DNA of 60,546 nucleotides from Intoshia linei (GCA_001642005.1 LWCA01000071.1:1-60546), one strand, 5' to 3'. Numbered from the stretch's first letter, positions 1 through 12,390 are shown. The notes: generated from the letters alone by a model not told the origin. A program made the numbers and translations.

Positions 1-289
1 AATCATATTTATCATATATATAGTTTTTTTTAGATATGAGGGTGTTATAATTTTTCCATCGTATTACATATTTCTAGCATTATCGTATGAATAGTTTCAT
101 ATTGTTCAGTGTATATAAGAATAAGTTTTCCTCTTTTTCCGCAATATAGACAGAATACTCCAATTTACATTAATATAGGATGTCTTTTGAAAATACGTTG
201 ACTATGACTAATTAAATATAACATTTGTATTTTACTACTTCTATTTTCAGCAATTTCTTTTGTTGTTCCACACATTACTAGTTTAATTG

Positions 290-1280
290 ATGGATTCATT
301 TGCATGTTTAATGGACATTTCACAGAAGAAAACAGGGTGAGTATGCACATTACCAGTCCTCGGTTAAATATATAGTAGCCATTATTAAAGCCTATGTCGA
401 CAAATGTGAAGATCAAATCAAGGAAGTTGAAGAACTTCTTGCAGCTGGACAATTAGAGGCAGCGGCTAAAGCATTACGACTACTCGAATACAAATTAATC
501 AAACAAATTAGTGATCGAATAGTACGACCTATATTAAATGATCTTTTAATTAAAGACTTTGATCATCCTGCAAACGAATTTATGCAAATCACTCAAGAAA
601 CATTCCCAGTAGCTTTTAGGCTATTCCAAAATAAGTATGAGGCTACTGCTACATTAGTTGGTCAACTTAATATGAATCCTATCATTAAGCATGAGATTTT
701 ACAAGTTTTACTTTTATTAGAAAATTTACAACCAGATCGATTAATCTTACCAGATTCACAAATAATCCATAACCAGTTCACATCATGGGTTGCAATTCAA
801 AAGTCATTTGATGACAATTCAGAATCGATGGGAACTTTAGCCGAATATTATAACATAATCCATATTCAACCCACTCTTTTTAAGGACTGCACGATCATTC
901 TATTTCCCAAATTTCACTGTCTTTCGATCGAAGATTTAAGATATTTTTATATTTTTAACAATTATTATATTTTGACCTATGAGTTATTAACGGCACAACC
1001 TAGATTTCCTTGGGTAACTTTTTACCCAAATGTTTCTAATCAGGTTCGGCTAAATAGTGTTTTGGGATGACAATATCTCCTCTACCAACATATGGTTCAA
1101 AAGATCAATCAGTATCTTCGACATTCTGAAACGACAGATAAAAATATGACCGACCTTTCACAAATTGATGACTTAACCGATTACCAACGACTATCTCAAA
1201 AGTATGGAGGTATTGGTTTTAGTGACTATATCAATGTAATGAAAAAACATACAAAAGCATATGCCATGCACTGCAGATAG
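290..1280 (+). pseudogene. Disrupted ~330-codon ORF of unknown function, antisense to and abutting a Gypsy integrase remnant
   Basis: The frame of ORF 582..1070 is open upstream to 312 and continues past a single TGA (1068-1070) into ORF 1092..1280. An ATG at 290 lies in another frame, so one frameshift is needed. No family recognised. Confidence 0.5.
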
Positions 1281-2003
1281 CATTTTGGCGTACTTGGTGT
1301 GAATTTAAGGTGGATTGAGGCATAATAGGTACAGATATGTTACGACCAAGAACAATTTCAGACGGAGAAACAGAATTGCGTGCAGTTGGTGTATTCCGTA
1401 ATTCCATTAAAATATTTGGGATAAAGTAACACCAATTAGAGAAATCGTTTTTACATAAACAACGCAATTTGTCTTTAACCGTTCGATTTAAACGTTTAAC
1501 GTTCAAAAATCAGATTTTGTCGACGCACAGGATAAGTGTCCTGTTTTGTAGATAAATTTAGTATATATCATAACGATAATTCGATAATCAACACAAAACC
1601 GATCCGATCCGATAGACGATCCTGAAGACCTGAAGACGGATAAGTTATTTTGACCACTCTTTTGACTTTAACAACAAATTTGCGTATAGGAAAATCGATT
1701 TTTAAACATGCAATTTTATTCAATGGAATCACATCTTGATTGGGCTGTCAAACCCTCAATTTGTTTTACTTGAGTAATCAGTTTATCAACATTGATTGGT
1801 AATTCGTCTTCCAGTAAGAGATCTTGTAAGCTAATTTCAAAATTAAATATTATTAATTTAACCTGATCAGTTTGGGCTGCAGGTGACGACTCACTCCATA
1901 TTCTGATTAGTTTTTCACATGTTTTAATACCTGATCGAGAGAATTGAGGTAATGGTAATTGAATTTTTAAAGTTGGTTTTACATCTATCTGTTCATCGCT
2001 CAT
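1231..2003 (-). mobile_element. Internally deleted Ty3/Gypsy LTR-retrotransposon remnant (gag-like N-terminus followed by integrase C-terminal core)
   Basis: 1231..1506 reads 'VKRLNRTVKDKLR...NWCYFIPNILMELRNTPTARNSVSPSEIVLGR', matching the Gypsy integrase pattern ERxNRTLK...W...LP...R.TP...SP.E..FGR. 1716..2003 is only weakly gag-like. No RT or LTRs seen. Confidence 0.65.
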
Positions 2004-3373
2004 GATTAAATTATAATTGTAGTGAGATGATAATACAATAATTAATTAATAATTTATTGGTAACAAGAAATTATAATTTAAAGCTGTGAATTTGAAATTT
2101 CGTAAAATAGGAATTTTTTCCGTTAAATAGGAATTCCGATAATTATCAATTCCGTTAAATAGGACTTAGACTGTATAATATAAAATTAAAATGATTTAAA
2201 ATTAAAATTATCGTGATTTAATGTACTTAGACAAAAGTACATGAGTACCGTATCATAAGGCAAAATATTTAGTGCGGCTCAATACACAATTTGAGCTTTA
2301 TATTTTACTATATAGGCGTGTTTTTAAATTTAAATTCTTGATTTTTAGAATATTTACTGTTGTGATATAAATGACATTTGCTTTTGAAATTATTTTCATT
2401 TCAGTTTTATGCAAAAAAATACGGCTCGTAGTGTCTAAGGGTTAATTTGTAAATTTACTTGGGTGTCATAAGTATAGTTGCACAAAATACATAAGTTAGA
2501 TTGGGTATTCCATTTTTGATATAGATATAAAGGTGCAGTACTTGAAGATCTGACATCATGAATATTTATTATCAGAATACAATCACAGGCTACTTTAGCG
2601 GCTAAGTTTTTTTGTGATTCTAGTTAAAACAATATTAACCTTACAACTACCAGCTGTGGTGATTTTAACCACTTAATTTTGTCCATACAAGCCAAACATA
2701 ATTTAATAAAAATTAGGCTTGTAATTTTTTTTATAAATATGTCTATTTGTAAAAATGATATATTAATAAAAATATAAATTGGTGCAATAAATATTTATGA
2801 CTTGTGAATCACGAACGTGATTGACAAATCAATCAAAAAGTAATATAAATTGATTGTAACTTTAATTTTTGAAATGAAAGTCTTTGAAAATAGTGAATTA
2901 TCAATTGATGAAAAATGTGGAATCAATGTTGCAGATTTGCATAATGATGTTGATGACAGTAATGTTTATCTTATGATGAACCGCTTACAATATATTTTTT
3001 ACCCAGCAGTAATAATATTTATTCTATGAATTTATTAAACAGTATTAAATATTTTTCCTTGGAATCGGTTCAAATTTTTCATGCTTAGATAAAAATTACA
3101 TTTTTTGGAATTCGATTGTGAATATACGAAATTTGATGGGCGTACAACAAAGTCTGTTATAGTCATTGCTGCATGTACTACTTGAGTGACCAATCAATCA
3201 ATTATTAGTAATGAAAATATTTATCATATATAATTCTTTTGATGTGCAGCTGTCACATTTTTATTGCATCATAAAATATTTATAGCTAAAAATCAGTTTT
3301 AGAACGAAAACAGGTGTTTAAAATCACCACCTCTAGTAGTTCTCGTTATATTCTTTGCTCGGTAGTTCGAGGA

Positions 3374-3608
3374 TAGGGGTGTCAGACTCAATTTGCTTGG
3401 CGGGCCAAATGTGAAAAAAAATTATATTAAAACTAAAACAGATTTAATTAATTTTAATTCATAAAATAAAAATGGAATAAGTAAAAATAATGTTAAAATT
3501 GTAATAATAAATATATGAAAAAACTGTAAAATAAGAAATATGTGTAAAAAATTGTTATAAAAAAATAAAAATTTATAATATAACGCGGGCTGCACAATTG
3601 ACACTTTA
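3374..3608. mobile_element. hAT-like MITE (an inverted copy of its end lies at ~14735-14781)
   Basis: Starts TAGGGGTGTCAGACTCAATTTGCTTGGCGGGCC; a near reverse-complement match occurs at 14735-14781. Right end degenerate. Confidence 0.5.
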
Positions 3609-4640
3609 AAATCTAGGGTTAATATTGTTACATACAGTAATATCTCGATTTAGTCACGTTCGATTACTTCAATTTTTGTTTATTTGGAGTTAAATGTAAA
3701 GTCAAAATGACGTATCTATGATTGCAAAAAATATTTTTATCTTAAAATTGTTTCTAAATAAACTATAATTTAAACTTAATATTACTACTACAAAATTGTA
3801 ATAATATTTATAATTTAATTTAAAAATATTTACACATGAATAAATAAAAAGATTTTTAAAAGTAGAGCCAGAATACATTGAATGGTGAATCAACAATATT
3901 ATTCTTTATATAATTTTAGGTTTTAAGATAGAGGTGTTTTGAAACTTTAAATAAGAGATTAATTATGGTATTGATTTTGATTTGTATCCAATTTGAGGGG
4001 ATATCGGTCTAAATTTTATATCAATGATATAATAATAGAATAGATACAAAGCGTGTTGTAAAGTCTAGTCTAAGTATCCTTTTTAGTCATAAATATTGTT
4101 ACTTAGATTACAATACTGCGTACTACAGTATGTAGTGTGTGCAACTTAGTTTTTTTAGAAATTCAGTAAGTACTTTTTATCAAATTTTAGTACAAGTACT
4201 TTAAAAAATTTATCAATTTTCACTTTTCGTTCACAAAACGTAAAAAATAAAATTAATGTTTCTGATTTTCGATGGAAATAGAAAATAAATTGAATTATGA
4301 TTATTTACAATAAATAACTAACTGATATTTAGAGTAGATAATGTCCGAATTTTATAAAAAACTACATTTGTAGTAACATTTAAAGTTAATAATTAAATTT
4401 GTTATTAACAAAAAATTGGTAAACTTTTTTAAATTTAGGTAGTAATCATTGAGACGATACTATTTCAGAATTTGTTGTCAAAGATAAAAAATTATACAAG
4501 TAATCAAAAAGTGATGAATTTTTTAAAACCTATAATTACCTATCGTTTTGATTTATATAGAACATTAAATGTTTCAAATAATAGTCCATATCTATTTATA
4601 TTTATTAATTTAAAAAATAATAAAAAATTTAATTCACAAT

Positions 4641-6017
4641 TCAATTGAATCCGAACACCAACCTTTAAAATCTCATCAACAAGATCCAAAGTTCGTGTTC
4701 GCAATGCATTGTGATTCTCATACGTGGCTATAGCGCCGTCGTTGATTTTTATAACAATAAAAAAATTAACTGAAATGAAGACTAAAATAAATAAAAACTT
4801 ACACGCATATTTGCCGCCATTATTTAAATTTTTACCTAAAAAAATTTAAAAAAAACAAAAAACTGACATACATACATATAAATTCCTTTTCAAATTCACT
4901 AAAATAAAAATTAAACAAATAAACTCAAAAAATACCTTTCAGTTTTCGGACAATGAAATCTGACAGGATTTCTTTGAAGAGAAGCAAAAAGATAACGTTT
5001 ATACTGACTAGTAATTTCCCACACGGTTGTCTTTTTATTAATAGCAACTCTAACAAATCCTGGACTAAGTGAAAGATTGTGACGTATGGAATTTTTCCAT
5101 CCATTTTGATTCATTTCATAATATGTAAAATGCTTTGAAACCCAATTATAAATATCTTTAACAGCCAGTCTTTTTTTTAAAGAAGTTTCTATAGCCAAAA
5201 AAATTATGCAAGTAAAAGAAAATGGAGGTTTAGTACTAAAAACGTGACCACCTCCGTTATTAATATTTGCAGCATATTTACAAGAAAGTGAATTGCTATT
5301 GCATAGGGTATTTGATGCTTCTATATAACTGGTTATAAAATTGATCTTTTTGTGTTTTTTTGCATATTTATCTTTAAATAAACATGAAATCACAACATCT
5401 TTTGTTTCTTTGAAAATTTTTTTTGAACTAATGAGCCAATTCAAACATGACATATCTTCATGTTTTGTCTTTATATTTTCATTTTTAGACTCTTTGTCGG
5501 TTTCGCTTTCATTTGTTATCATTTTATTATCACTTGACTTTACATTGATCTCATCTCGGCGCATTGATACTTTATTGTCAATTACCGTCAACCTTTTATA
5601 TTTACAAAATAATTCACCCTTATTGATCGTTGGGCGTTTTTGAACAAGCTTTTCATTATTTAAATTGTTTACAATATCATTTTCATTTTTATTGATTAGT
5701 TCAATTTGACAAATTTTTAAACTATTCAATCCTAAACATTTTGCATTTGATATAATTGTATTATTTTCATTGGGACTTGACTGTCTTTTCAAAGGTTCAT
5801 TTTTCAGTTTACTCCATTTTTGTTTTGTTTCATGGGGGTTGTTTGGATAGGTACTTTTTTTATGATTTAATTTTAATTTGTTGAAATTTTTCATTTTTTC
5901 AGCCTTTTTGTAATCATTATTCAAATTTAGAGGATTTACCTTTACATCTTCACTTTTTTCACAGCATACAGATTCAGTCATAATTGATTTTAGTAATTCT
6001 TTTGAATTTACTGTCAT
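4641..6017 (-). CDS. FoxN2/3: Forkhead transcription factor, FoxN2/3 subfamily; exons 6017-4936, 4898-4876, 4835-4803 and a last exon ending at TGA 4641-4643
   Basis: Forkhead domain 'KPPFSFTCIIFLAIETSLKKRLAVKDIYNWVSKHF...GWKNSIRHNLSL' closely matches FoxN2/3 (KPPYSFSCLIFMAIE...KRLPVKDIYNW). GT-AG introns of 37 and 40 nt keep frame. The last acceptor is ambiguous (three in-frame AGs). Confidence 0.9.
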
Positions 6018-6575
6018 TATACATCGATGCTCATTTTTGATGGATAAATTATATTTATGAACTATTTTTGTTACAATTAGGTATTTTATCTAGATCTATG
6101 GAAATTAAAACAAATTCAAAAGTCCTTGACAACTGTGTAAACAAAACAGAATGAATGACACACTTTTTATTTTATTATGTCACTAAATCTATGACAGTGT
6201 AGTTGGTTATTATAATTATTGGGGTGTTCCAAAATTTCATAAATTAAGTCCATGATCAGAAAAAGTTGAGTAATTAATCAAAAATGACAATACAAACAAA
6301 AATAGTCAATGGTTATTCACTGTGAACAACCAATCATAATTCACTTGATATTGTCAAATTGTATTATAATACAATTTGTATTTAGATGGCGTGTAGATAA
6401 CATGCGCGGAAAAAATAAAGTTTTTTGTATGAATTTTTTTTAAATGTATAAAAATTTTATTTCAAAATACATTTTATAAACAACCGATGATCCGTGATGA
6501 TTTATAAATCTGTAACATTGTTACCATCGGGAATAAATATATACACAACAAAATAACAATATACCAATTTACAAA

Positions 6576-9500
6576 ATGGTTTATAATATTGGTTCCAAAA
6601 AGGTAGTTTAATTAATATTTTAATAGAAATTTTATATACAAATATATATGTAGTTACTCAATCAGCGTATTATACCCAATCCAAAATATAGACATGTTCG
6701 ATCGGTAATTGACACTGGCTCAAGTATTACCAAATACATGCAACATATTGAAAACATAACTAGTGGTAATTTTTTCATTTAGATTTGATTTTTTATTTGC
6801 TGCTATATTTTTTTACACCTTATATCACGGTCGTCACATTTTTAGCATTCTGAATTCCTAACAATAATTGTGAATTTGTTGAAACTTAGAAATTGCTTTT
6901 AAATAATAAAATAGCATTTTTCATGGTCTCAATCTGTGCCTAATCTACCGTACACCTTTTCGGAAGGGACTCGACGAATAATTTTTGTAAAATAAGGTAT
7001 TACTTTTTAATAATTGATCATTAAAAAATTATATTCTTGAATATCGTAACATTTTGTATCAAGAACCTACTATGCGTCGAAACTTCTTGTATATAAAAAT
7101 AAGCCCTAGAAATCTATCCACAGATTTGAACTTTACAGTTTATATTTGAGACACAAAACAGTTGAATAACATTGAAAAATACATTGGATAATATTTTTAT
7201 CAATACTAAAAATAATATTGTAAATGAAAAAATTTGGGAAAATGAGATTTTTTCGGGTACGGTAGTTTCTATTTAAGTCACATTAATAGGTTAATATTTA
7301 AATCGCTAATAATTCTATAAATACAATCAAAATACGTTAATTTGAACACATTTTAATATGTCATGTATTCAAATTTTAATGTAATACATGTATGAACCCT
7401 TCATCACAGGGGTGCACAACCTTTCCACTAATTCAGCCGCAAAACTACTTTACTCATTGATACTAGGGCCGCACAAAATTTACTTTGACATTGAGAAAGT
7501 TTAAATCCATTTTGAGAAAGTGTGGGTAAAGTCTAAAATATAACCTTTTGATATAAATAATGAATAAAATTTGATTTAAACTTTAAAAATTGAACTAACG
7601 TGATATATTGCATTATGATCACATGGATTGCCCACGGCCGAAGGTTGTGCACCCTGTGCTATCATTTATCTTAAACGTGAAAGCAAATAAGCAAATGGGA
7701 CGAGTTTGACTGTATTATTTTTTAAGTTTTACGTATAATTATGAAAGTTTAGATTTCAAATATAGACGCAATGAATTGTTTAAAAGAATGAAGATTGTTC
7801 AATTTGTTGAATTGGTAATTAGTGATTTTACCGGGAAAAAAACCGGGATATTCAATAATTTTCGAGAATTAAATTAACCGGGATTTTTACGATTTCCAGG
7901 GTTTCCCGAAAAAAATTGAAACATACTTGTATTTGATTTATGTTTGTTATTACTATGAAAATATGATTATATTTTTATTTTTCAGCCCTTAATGGAAAAA
8001 TATACTTTTTTTAAAAACCTCTTATTTTAACCACAAATTACTAACGCATACATTTTAACGCCTAATCCTCTTTTTCCAATATTATGAGTTGTTACAAACT
8101 GGAACGCTATCATCAAGATTGTTAAAATTAAAGGAAGCCCTTATGACCGTTCAACCTACGTCAACACAAAATGAAAGAAATTTCTCTACTGCTTCTAATT
8201 TTGTTACAAAACGTAGAACGCGTTTAAATGACGAATCTATCAATATTATGTGTCTTTTGAAACACTTTTTCAACAATCTAAAATAAATATATATTTTTCT
8301 AATTTAATTTGTAAATTTCGATCTAGATTCGTGTTATTTCATTAATTAAATTTCTTTTTGTTTCTATATTATATATGAATAAAAAATTTGTATTTTTAAT
8401 TTCCCGGTTCTCGACTTTTGTCATTTCCCGGGAAATCACAATCACTATTGGTAATGTATTTTAATTTATCGAATCGCCAAATTTATTCATTTTTTACCAT
8501 AGAGCAGTGATTCTCAATAGGTGCGCGCTGAGACATTAAAAATAATATAATAATAATAAATAAATATCTAGAATAGGCAACATTCATGTCTTATTTGATT
8601 GTTATATTGTTTTTAGATTACACAATTCTATAACGTCAATTCTGCTTTGAATCGTATTGACCAGAATGAGATTACTGAAACATCACAAAAATCAAGTCCT
8701 CTGAATACTGCTGTAATGGATTTGGATGAAAGTGTTATTTTCAAGAATTTAAACAAGGAAGAGATACAAAATACTAGCTCTTCAAATTTTGTCAAGTTTA
8801 TATTTATGTGTTCTTATATTCTTTTATATATATGTCATGGGTTCCCTATTTTATAAATATTTAGCACCGCATTAGATTAGTAAAACATAGTCAACAAGTC
8901 CATATATTAAATTTTTTTTTAATAATAAATTATGATATTCAATTAATAATTATTAATGGAATGATTTTATATATTAATACATAAAAAATATAATTTTTTA
9001 ATTTCTAGCCCCCTGGTAGAGCATTTCATATGTATGGTGTAAAGTTTAAACTTTATTTAGTAAACTTTAAATGATTTATATATCGTCACCTAATATAGTA
9101 AAATGCAATAAAACATTTTCTAATTCGGTGATATTTATATTGTTTATTCAAAAAGATGATTTAATATTTATAAATTAATAGTTACATGTTATAAAAATAT
9201 TTTATCTATCCATTTTAATTATTAAATAATAGATTTTCAAGAGGATTAGGTGAAATGGATGAGTATTCACCCGATGAAGACCAACTAAAAAACTTACAAA
9301 ATGAACCATATTTATTATTGGACGTTAGAAATAAGAATGAATTTGATGCCATTCACATCCGTACAGCACAAAATTTTCCACTGTCATTATTATCCAGAGC
9401 AAACCATTTTGAAACAAATGAAATGCGAAACTATGTAAAAATGTTTACCATATAAATTAATATTTATTTAGAAAAACAAGGAAAATGCAGTAATAATTAT

Positions 9501-9849
9501 ATGCGATTATGATGAATCTTTGGCTCCAAAAGTCGCTGAAACATTATACCAAAGAGGATACGATAACATTGTAATGTTATCGGGTGGATTAAAAGTCACA
9601 CGAAAACTTTTCAGAGACATTATGTTGGAAGGTGCATTATTAAACAAAGAAACTATACCAAAATTTGAAATGACTGAAATAGAAATTTTAACCAAAGAAC
9701 TTGAAAACATTCACACCCAAACTGAAAAAAATTCAATGTATACAACCAGAAGTAGAATTTCAAAGTTTACCAATTATCGAAAAAAAATTGACACAAACTC
9801 AATGTTATCCAGAAAAACTATAGATTCGAAACCACCTTTTAAAGTTTAA
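6576..9849 (+). CDS. CEP41: Centrosomal protein 41 kDa (rhodanese-like domain); exons 6576-6602, 6654-6765, 7753-7814, 8617-8795, 9233-9434, 9472-9849
   Basis: The hand-spliced product 'MVYNIGSKKLLNQRIIPNPKYRHVRSVIDTGSSITKY...DFKYRRNELFKRMK...PYLLLDVR...ETLYQRGYDNIVMLSGGLKV' matches the CEP41 N-terminus (RIPQNPRYQHIKSRLDTG, YRYKKDELFKR) and rhodanese domain. All introns are GT-AG with consistent phases. Confidence 0.92.
7407..7656. mobile_element. hAT-like MITE in CEP41 intron 2
   Basis: Terminal inverted repeats CAGGGGTGCACAACCTT ... AAGGTTGTGCACCCTG; TSD not clean. Confidence 0.7.
7820..8447 (+). mobile_element. Internally deleted hAT transposon in CEP41 intron 3, retaining the dimerisation-domain remnant (8089-8286)
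   Basis: TIRs TAGTGATT...AATCACTA; perfect 8-bp TSD TTGGTAAT (7812-7819 and 8448-8455); subterminal CCGGG repeats; peptide 'TVQPTSTQNERNFSTASNFVTKRRTRLND' is the hAT C-terminal dimerisation motif. Confidence 0.9.
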
Positions 9850-9885
9850 CTATTTTAAATACGATTTAACACATTGTATTAAAAT

Positions 9886-10497
9886 TTATTCGTAAACCAT
9901 TCCGGATGTTAAACATTTCCAATCAATTAGTTCTGAAGGGGTGAACCAAAGACTGATTTCTTTTTCAGCGCTAGCTGGACTGTCACTTCCGTGAACAATG
10001 TTACGTCCAAGGTCAATTCCAAAATCACCTCGAATTGTTCCAGGTCTAGATTTTAATGGGTCTGTTTCTCCAAGCATTGAACGTCCTTGTCTAACAGCAT
10101 CTTTTCCCTAAAATTTTTAATTACATTTAAATTTATTTTACTTGTTAAAAATTAAAAAAACTAAAAATGGAAATTGAAACTCGACAAAATTTAGAGATAA
10201 TTTTTTTCGAATTTCACTATAATCAAAAATACCTCCCAAACCATTGCTACGACTGGTCCACTTGACATGAATTTACATAAACCGGTATAGAAAGGTTTAG
10301 ATTTCAAGTCAATATAATGTAATTGCATGTGATCAATTGTAGGTCTATTCATAATTTATATTTATCAAACTTGAATTTTACTTTTTCATTTTAAGGGCTT
10401 TGAGTGTGTATCCACGTCTTTCAAATCTACTAATTATTTCACCGACCAAATTCCTTTGTACACCATCAACCTTAATCATTATAAAAGTACGTTCCAT
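9886..10497 (-). CDS. NME1/2 (ndk): Nucleoside diphosphate kinase (group I NME); exons 10497-10382, 10344-10233, 10107-9886
   Basis: '[26 protein letters not shown]...[29 protein letters not shown]...PGTIRGDF...RNIVHGSDS'; catalytic His motif intact; GT-AG introns of 37 and 125 nt. Confidence 0.95.
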
Positions 10498-10736
10498 TTT
10501 GAGTGATAAATAAATTTTAGTTTCTATAGATTATTAGTAAACAATTTATATTTTTAAAAATTTATTTTAGGTGACTGAAATTATTGTTAGACAATTACGT
10601 TATGTCTGTCTGAAATGTTTATTTGATAAAGTTACATGTATCAACGTACAAGTACAAATGAACGTAAAACGGTTAAATATTTTAATTGATTTATTGATTA
10701 AAGTTATAAATCAGTTTGTTATTTAATTTATATTAG

Positions 10737-10818
10737 GACAGTGTGGCCGAGTGGTCTAAGGCGCTGCGTTCAGGTCGCAGTCTCTCCGGGGGCGTGGGTT
10801 CGAATCCCACTGCTGTCA
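10737..10818 (+). tRNA. tRNA-Leu (anticodon CAG)
   Basis: Acceptor stem GACAGTG/TGCTGTC, D-loop TGGCCGAGTGGTCTAAGGC, anticodon arm CTGCG-TTCAGGT-CGCAG, long variable arm, T-loop GGTTCGAATCC, followed by a T-run Pol III terminator. Confidence 0.96.
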
Positions 10819-11569
10819 TTTTTTTAAAACGCATAATTCAGCTACTAAACAAGTCCAAAATAATTTCACCTGTTCGTCAGATTGATTAGGGTAGAGAAAC
10901 GCTGTTGTTAATTAATCATATTCGAGTTAAATTATTCCAATTAATCACCTAATTTCTATGTTAATTAATCTTAAATTATACTTTAAAATAGGTACCTTTG
11001 AAAAATATCAATTCATCACTTTGATTACTGTACAAACAATTTATAATTTTGATGAAACAATTTTAAGCCAAAAATATTTTTTGTAAGCATAAATATGTAA
11101 TTTTGGCTTTACATTTAACTCCAAATAAACTAAAATTGAAGTAATCGAACGTAACATTGTTCACCATGACTCATTCATTGCAATACATTTTTGAATTTTT
11201 ATAAAACTAAAAAGAATTATAATCCATATAAAATATTTACCATACAAATTACTTAAATTATCAAATGTTAAAGAATAACAAGTAATTTACAAATTTTGTT
11301 TTGAACCGTCCGAATTATTGACAAATAAGTTGGATACTTTGGTATGCGTCCAAAAACAATTTTTCTTGTAACGGGTCGTATTTGGTTATATATGTTTTAC
11401 TTATCTCTTTTTGATGAGTAAACAATATCACTTTTTTATATATCATATTTATAATGTCAAAAACACATTTCGGGTGAATTTTATCGACGTTGCAAAATAT
11501 TGTAACAATTTATTACTAATAAATATAAAAATGATAATAAAAAAGTTGTACTTTGTACTTCTTTGTTGT

Positions 11570-12390
11570 AGTTTTAGATTTACATTTTTTGAAAATGAGT
11601 AAAAGATTAGAAAAATATTTGATTGATAATATATTAAAAAATTATTTTTCTCTGGGAATGAGTAGATTTATGGGGTTAAAATTTTGGATTTATATTAACT
11701 GGAATAAGCGTATCAGAATAATCTTCTTTTTTTAATGGTAGGACCATTAATTATTTAAAATTTTTTGTTTTGATTATATCAAAAATAGTTTTGAATTAAA
11801 AAAATGAACACTACAGTGATTTTTTGATCATGAAGACGCCACTTTATCATATTGAAATTTTTTGTATGTGTTAACTGGATATAACTATCATATGTTATTT
11901 TTTTTAAATTCTAGGTTTGTTTTCATTTTTAAAAAACAGTTAATCTGGATTTTTGAACGTGAAAATTATCTATTTTGAGGTTACCATTTATGATAATGCT
12001 TATGAATTTAAAAACCATTTAGAATATATGTTGTATAAAATTCTAGGATTTTCTTAATTTTTTACAAAAAAGGGTAAGTGGGGTTTTGACACTGATGATA
12101 TAAAATTTTGAAATTAAAAATTATCATAATAGTGATGAATTTAAAACTTTTTATTAGAATTTGTATTTTTTATAATTCTATGACTGGTTTGAATTTAAAA
12201 ACAAAGGACAATTGGGGTTTTTCACCTTGAAGAACTCAATTTCTGAAAATGAAATTTGCGGTTAAACATCACTCTCGAAAAACTGTTTTATAAATATGGA
12301 ATTTGTTAAACTTGATTTCTTTTATTATCTTAATTTAGTCGAAACAAACAAACATAAAATTTTAACCATTTCACTTTTATAAGTAAGGAT
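11570..12390 (-). mobile_element. Copy of the dispersed Helitron-like repeat (four ~133-bp subrepeats)
   Basis: Shares TATATyAACTGGAATAAGC..TATCAGAATAAT, repeated TTTTGACCxTGAAGA units and the terminus TATAAGTAAGGAT with other copies. Boundaries approximate. Confidence 0.7.

Noticed and set aside
1068-1070. In-frame TGA as selenocysteine, readthrough or alternative genetic code
   Set aside because: The same ORF also needs a frameshift and sits in a decayed retroelement. TGA serves as a normal stop in the FoxN2/3 model, and no SECIS was recognised.
2100-2175. Three CGTTAAATAGGA-like direct repeats (similar at ~56636-56682) resembling a mini CRISPR or iteron array
   Set aside because: Too short, irregular spacing, eukaryotic context with no cas genes; ends in ACTGTA like a pogo/Tigger-type MITE terminus.
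5341-5643. ORFs antisense to or overlapping real genes (also 9507..9710, 21770..22096, 33683..33901, 39746..40057, 41011..41379, 44768..44956, 45053..45313, 48763..49395, 50849..51139, 57130..57405)
   Set aside because: Shadow frames of genuine coding exons, with no motifs and a composition explained by the overlapping gene.
11411-11735. Short F/I/L/K-rich ORFs in repeats (also 3422, 3702, 23604, 26043, 29801, 31275, 42263-42773, 47203, 56185, 58188, 58541)
   Set aside because: They fall in MITE, Helitron-like or AT-rich DNA, and their frames do not appear conserved between repeat copies.
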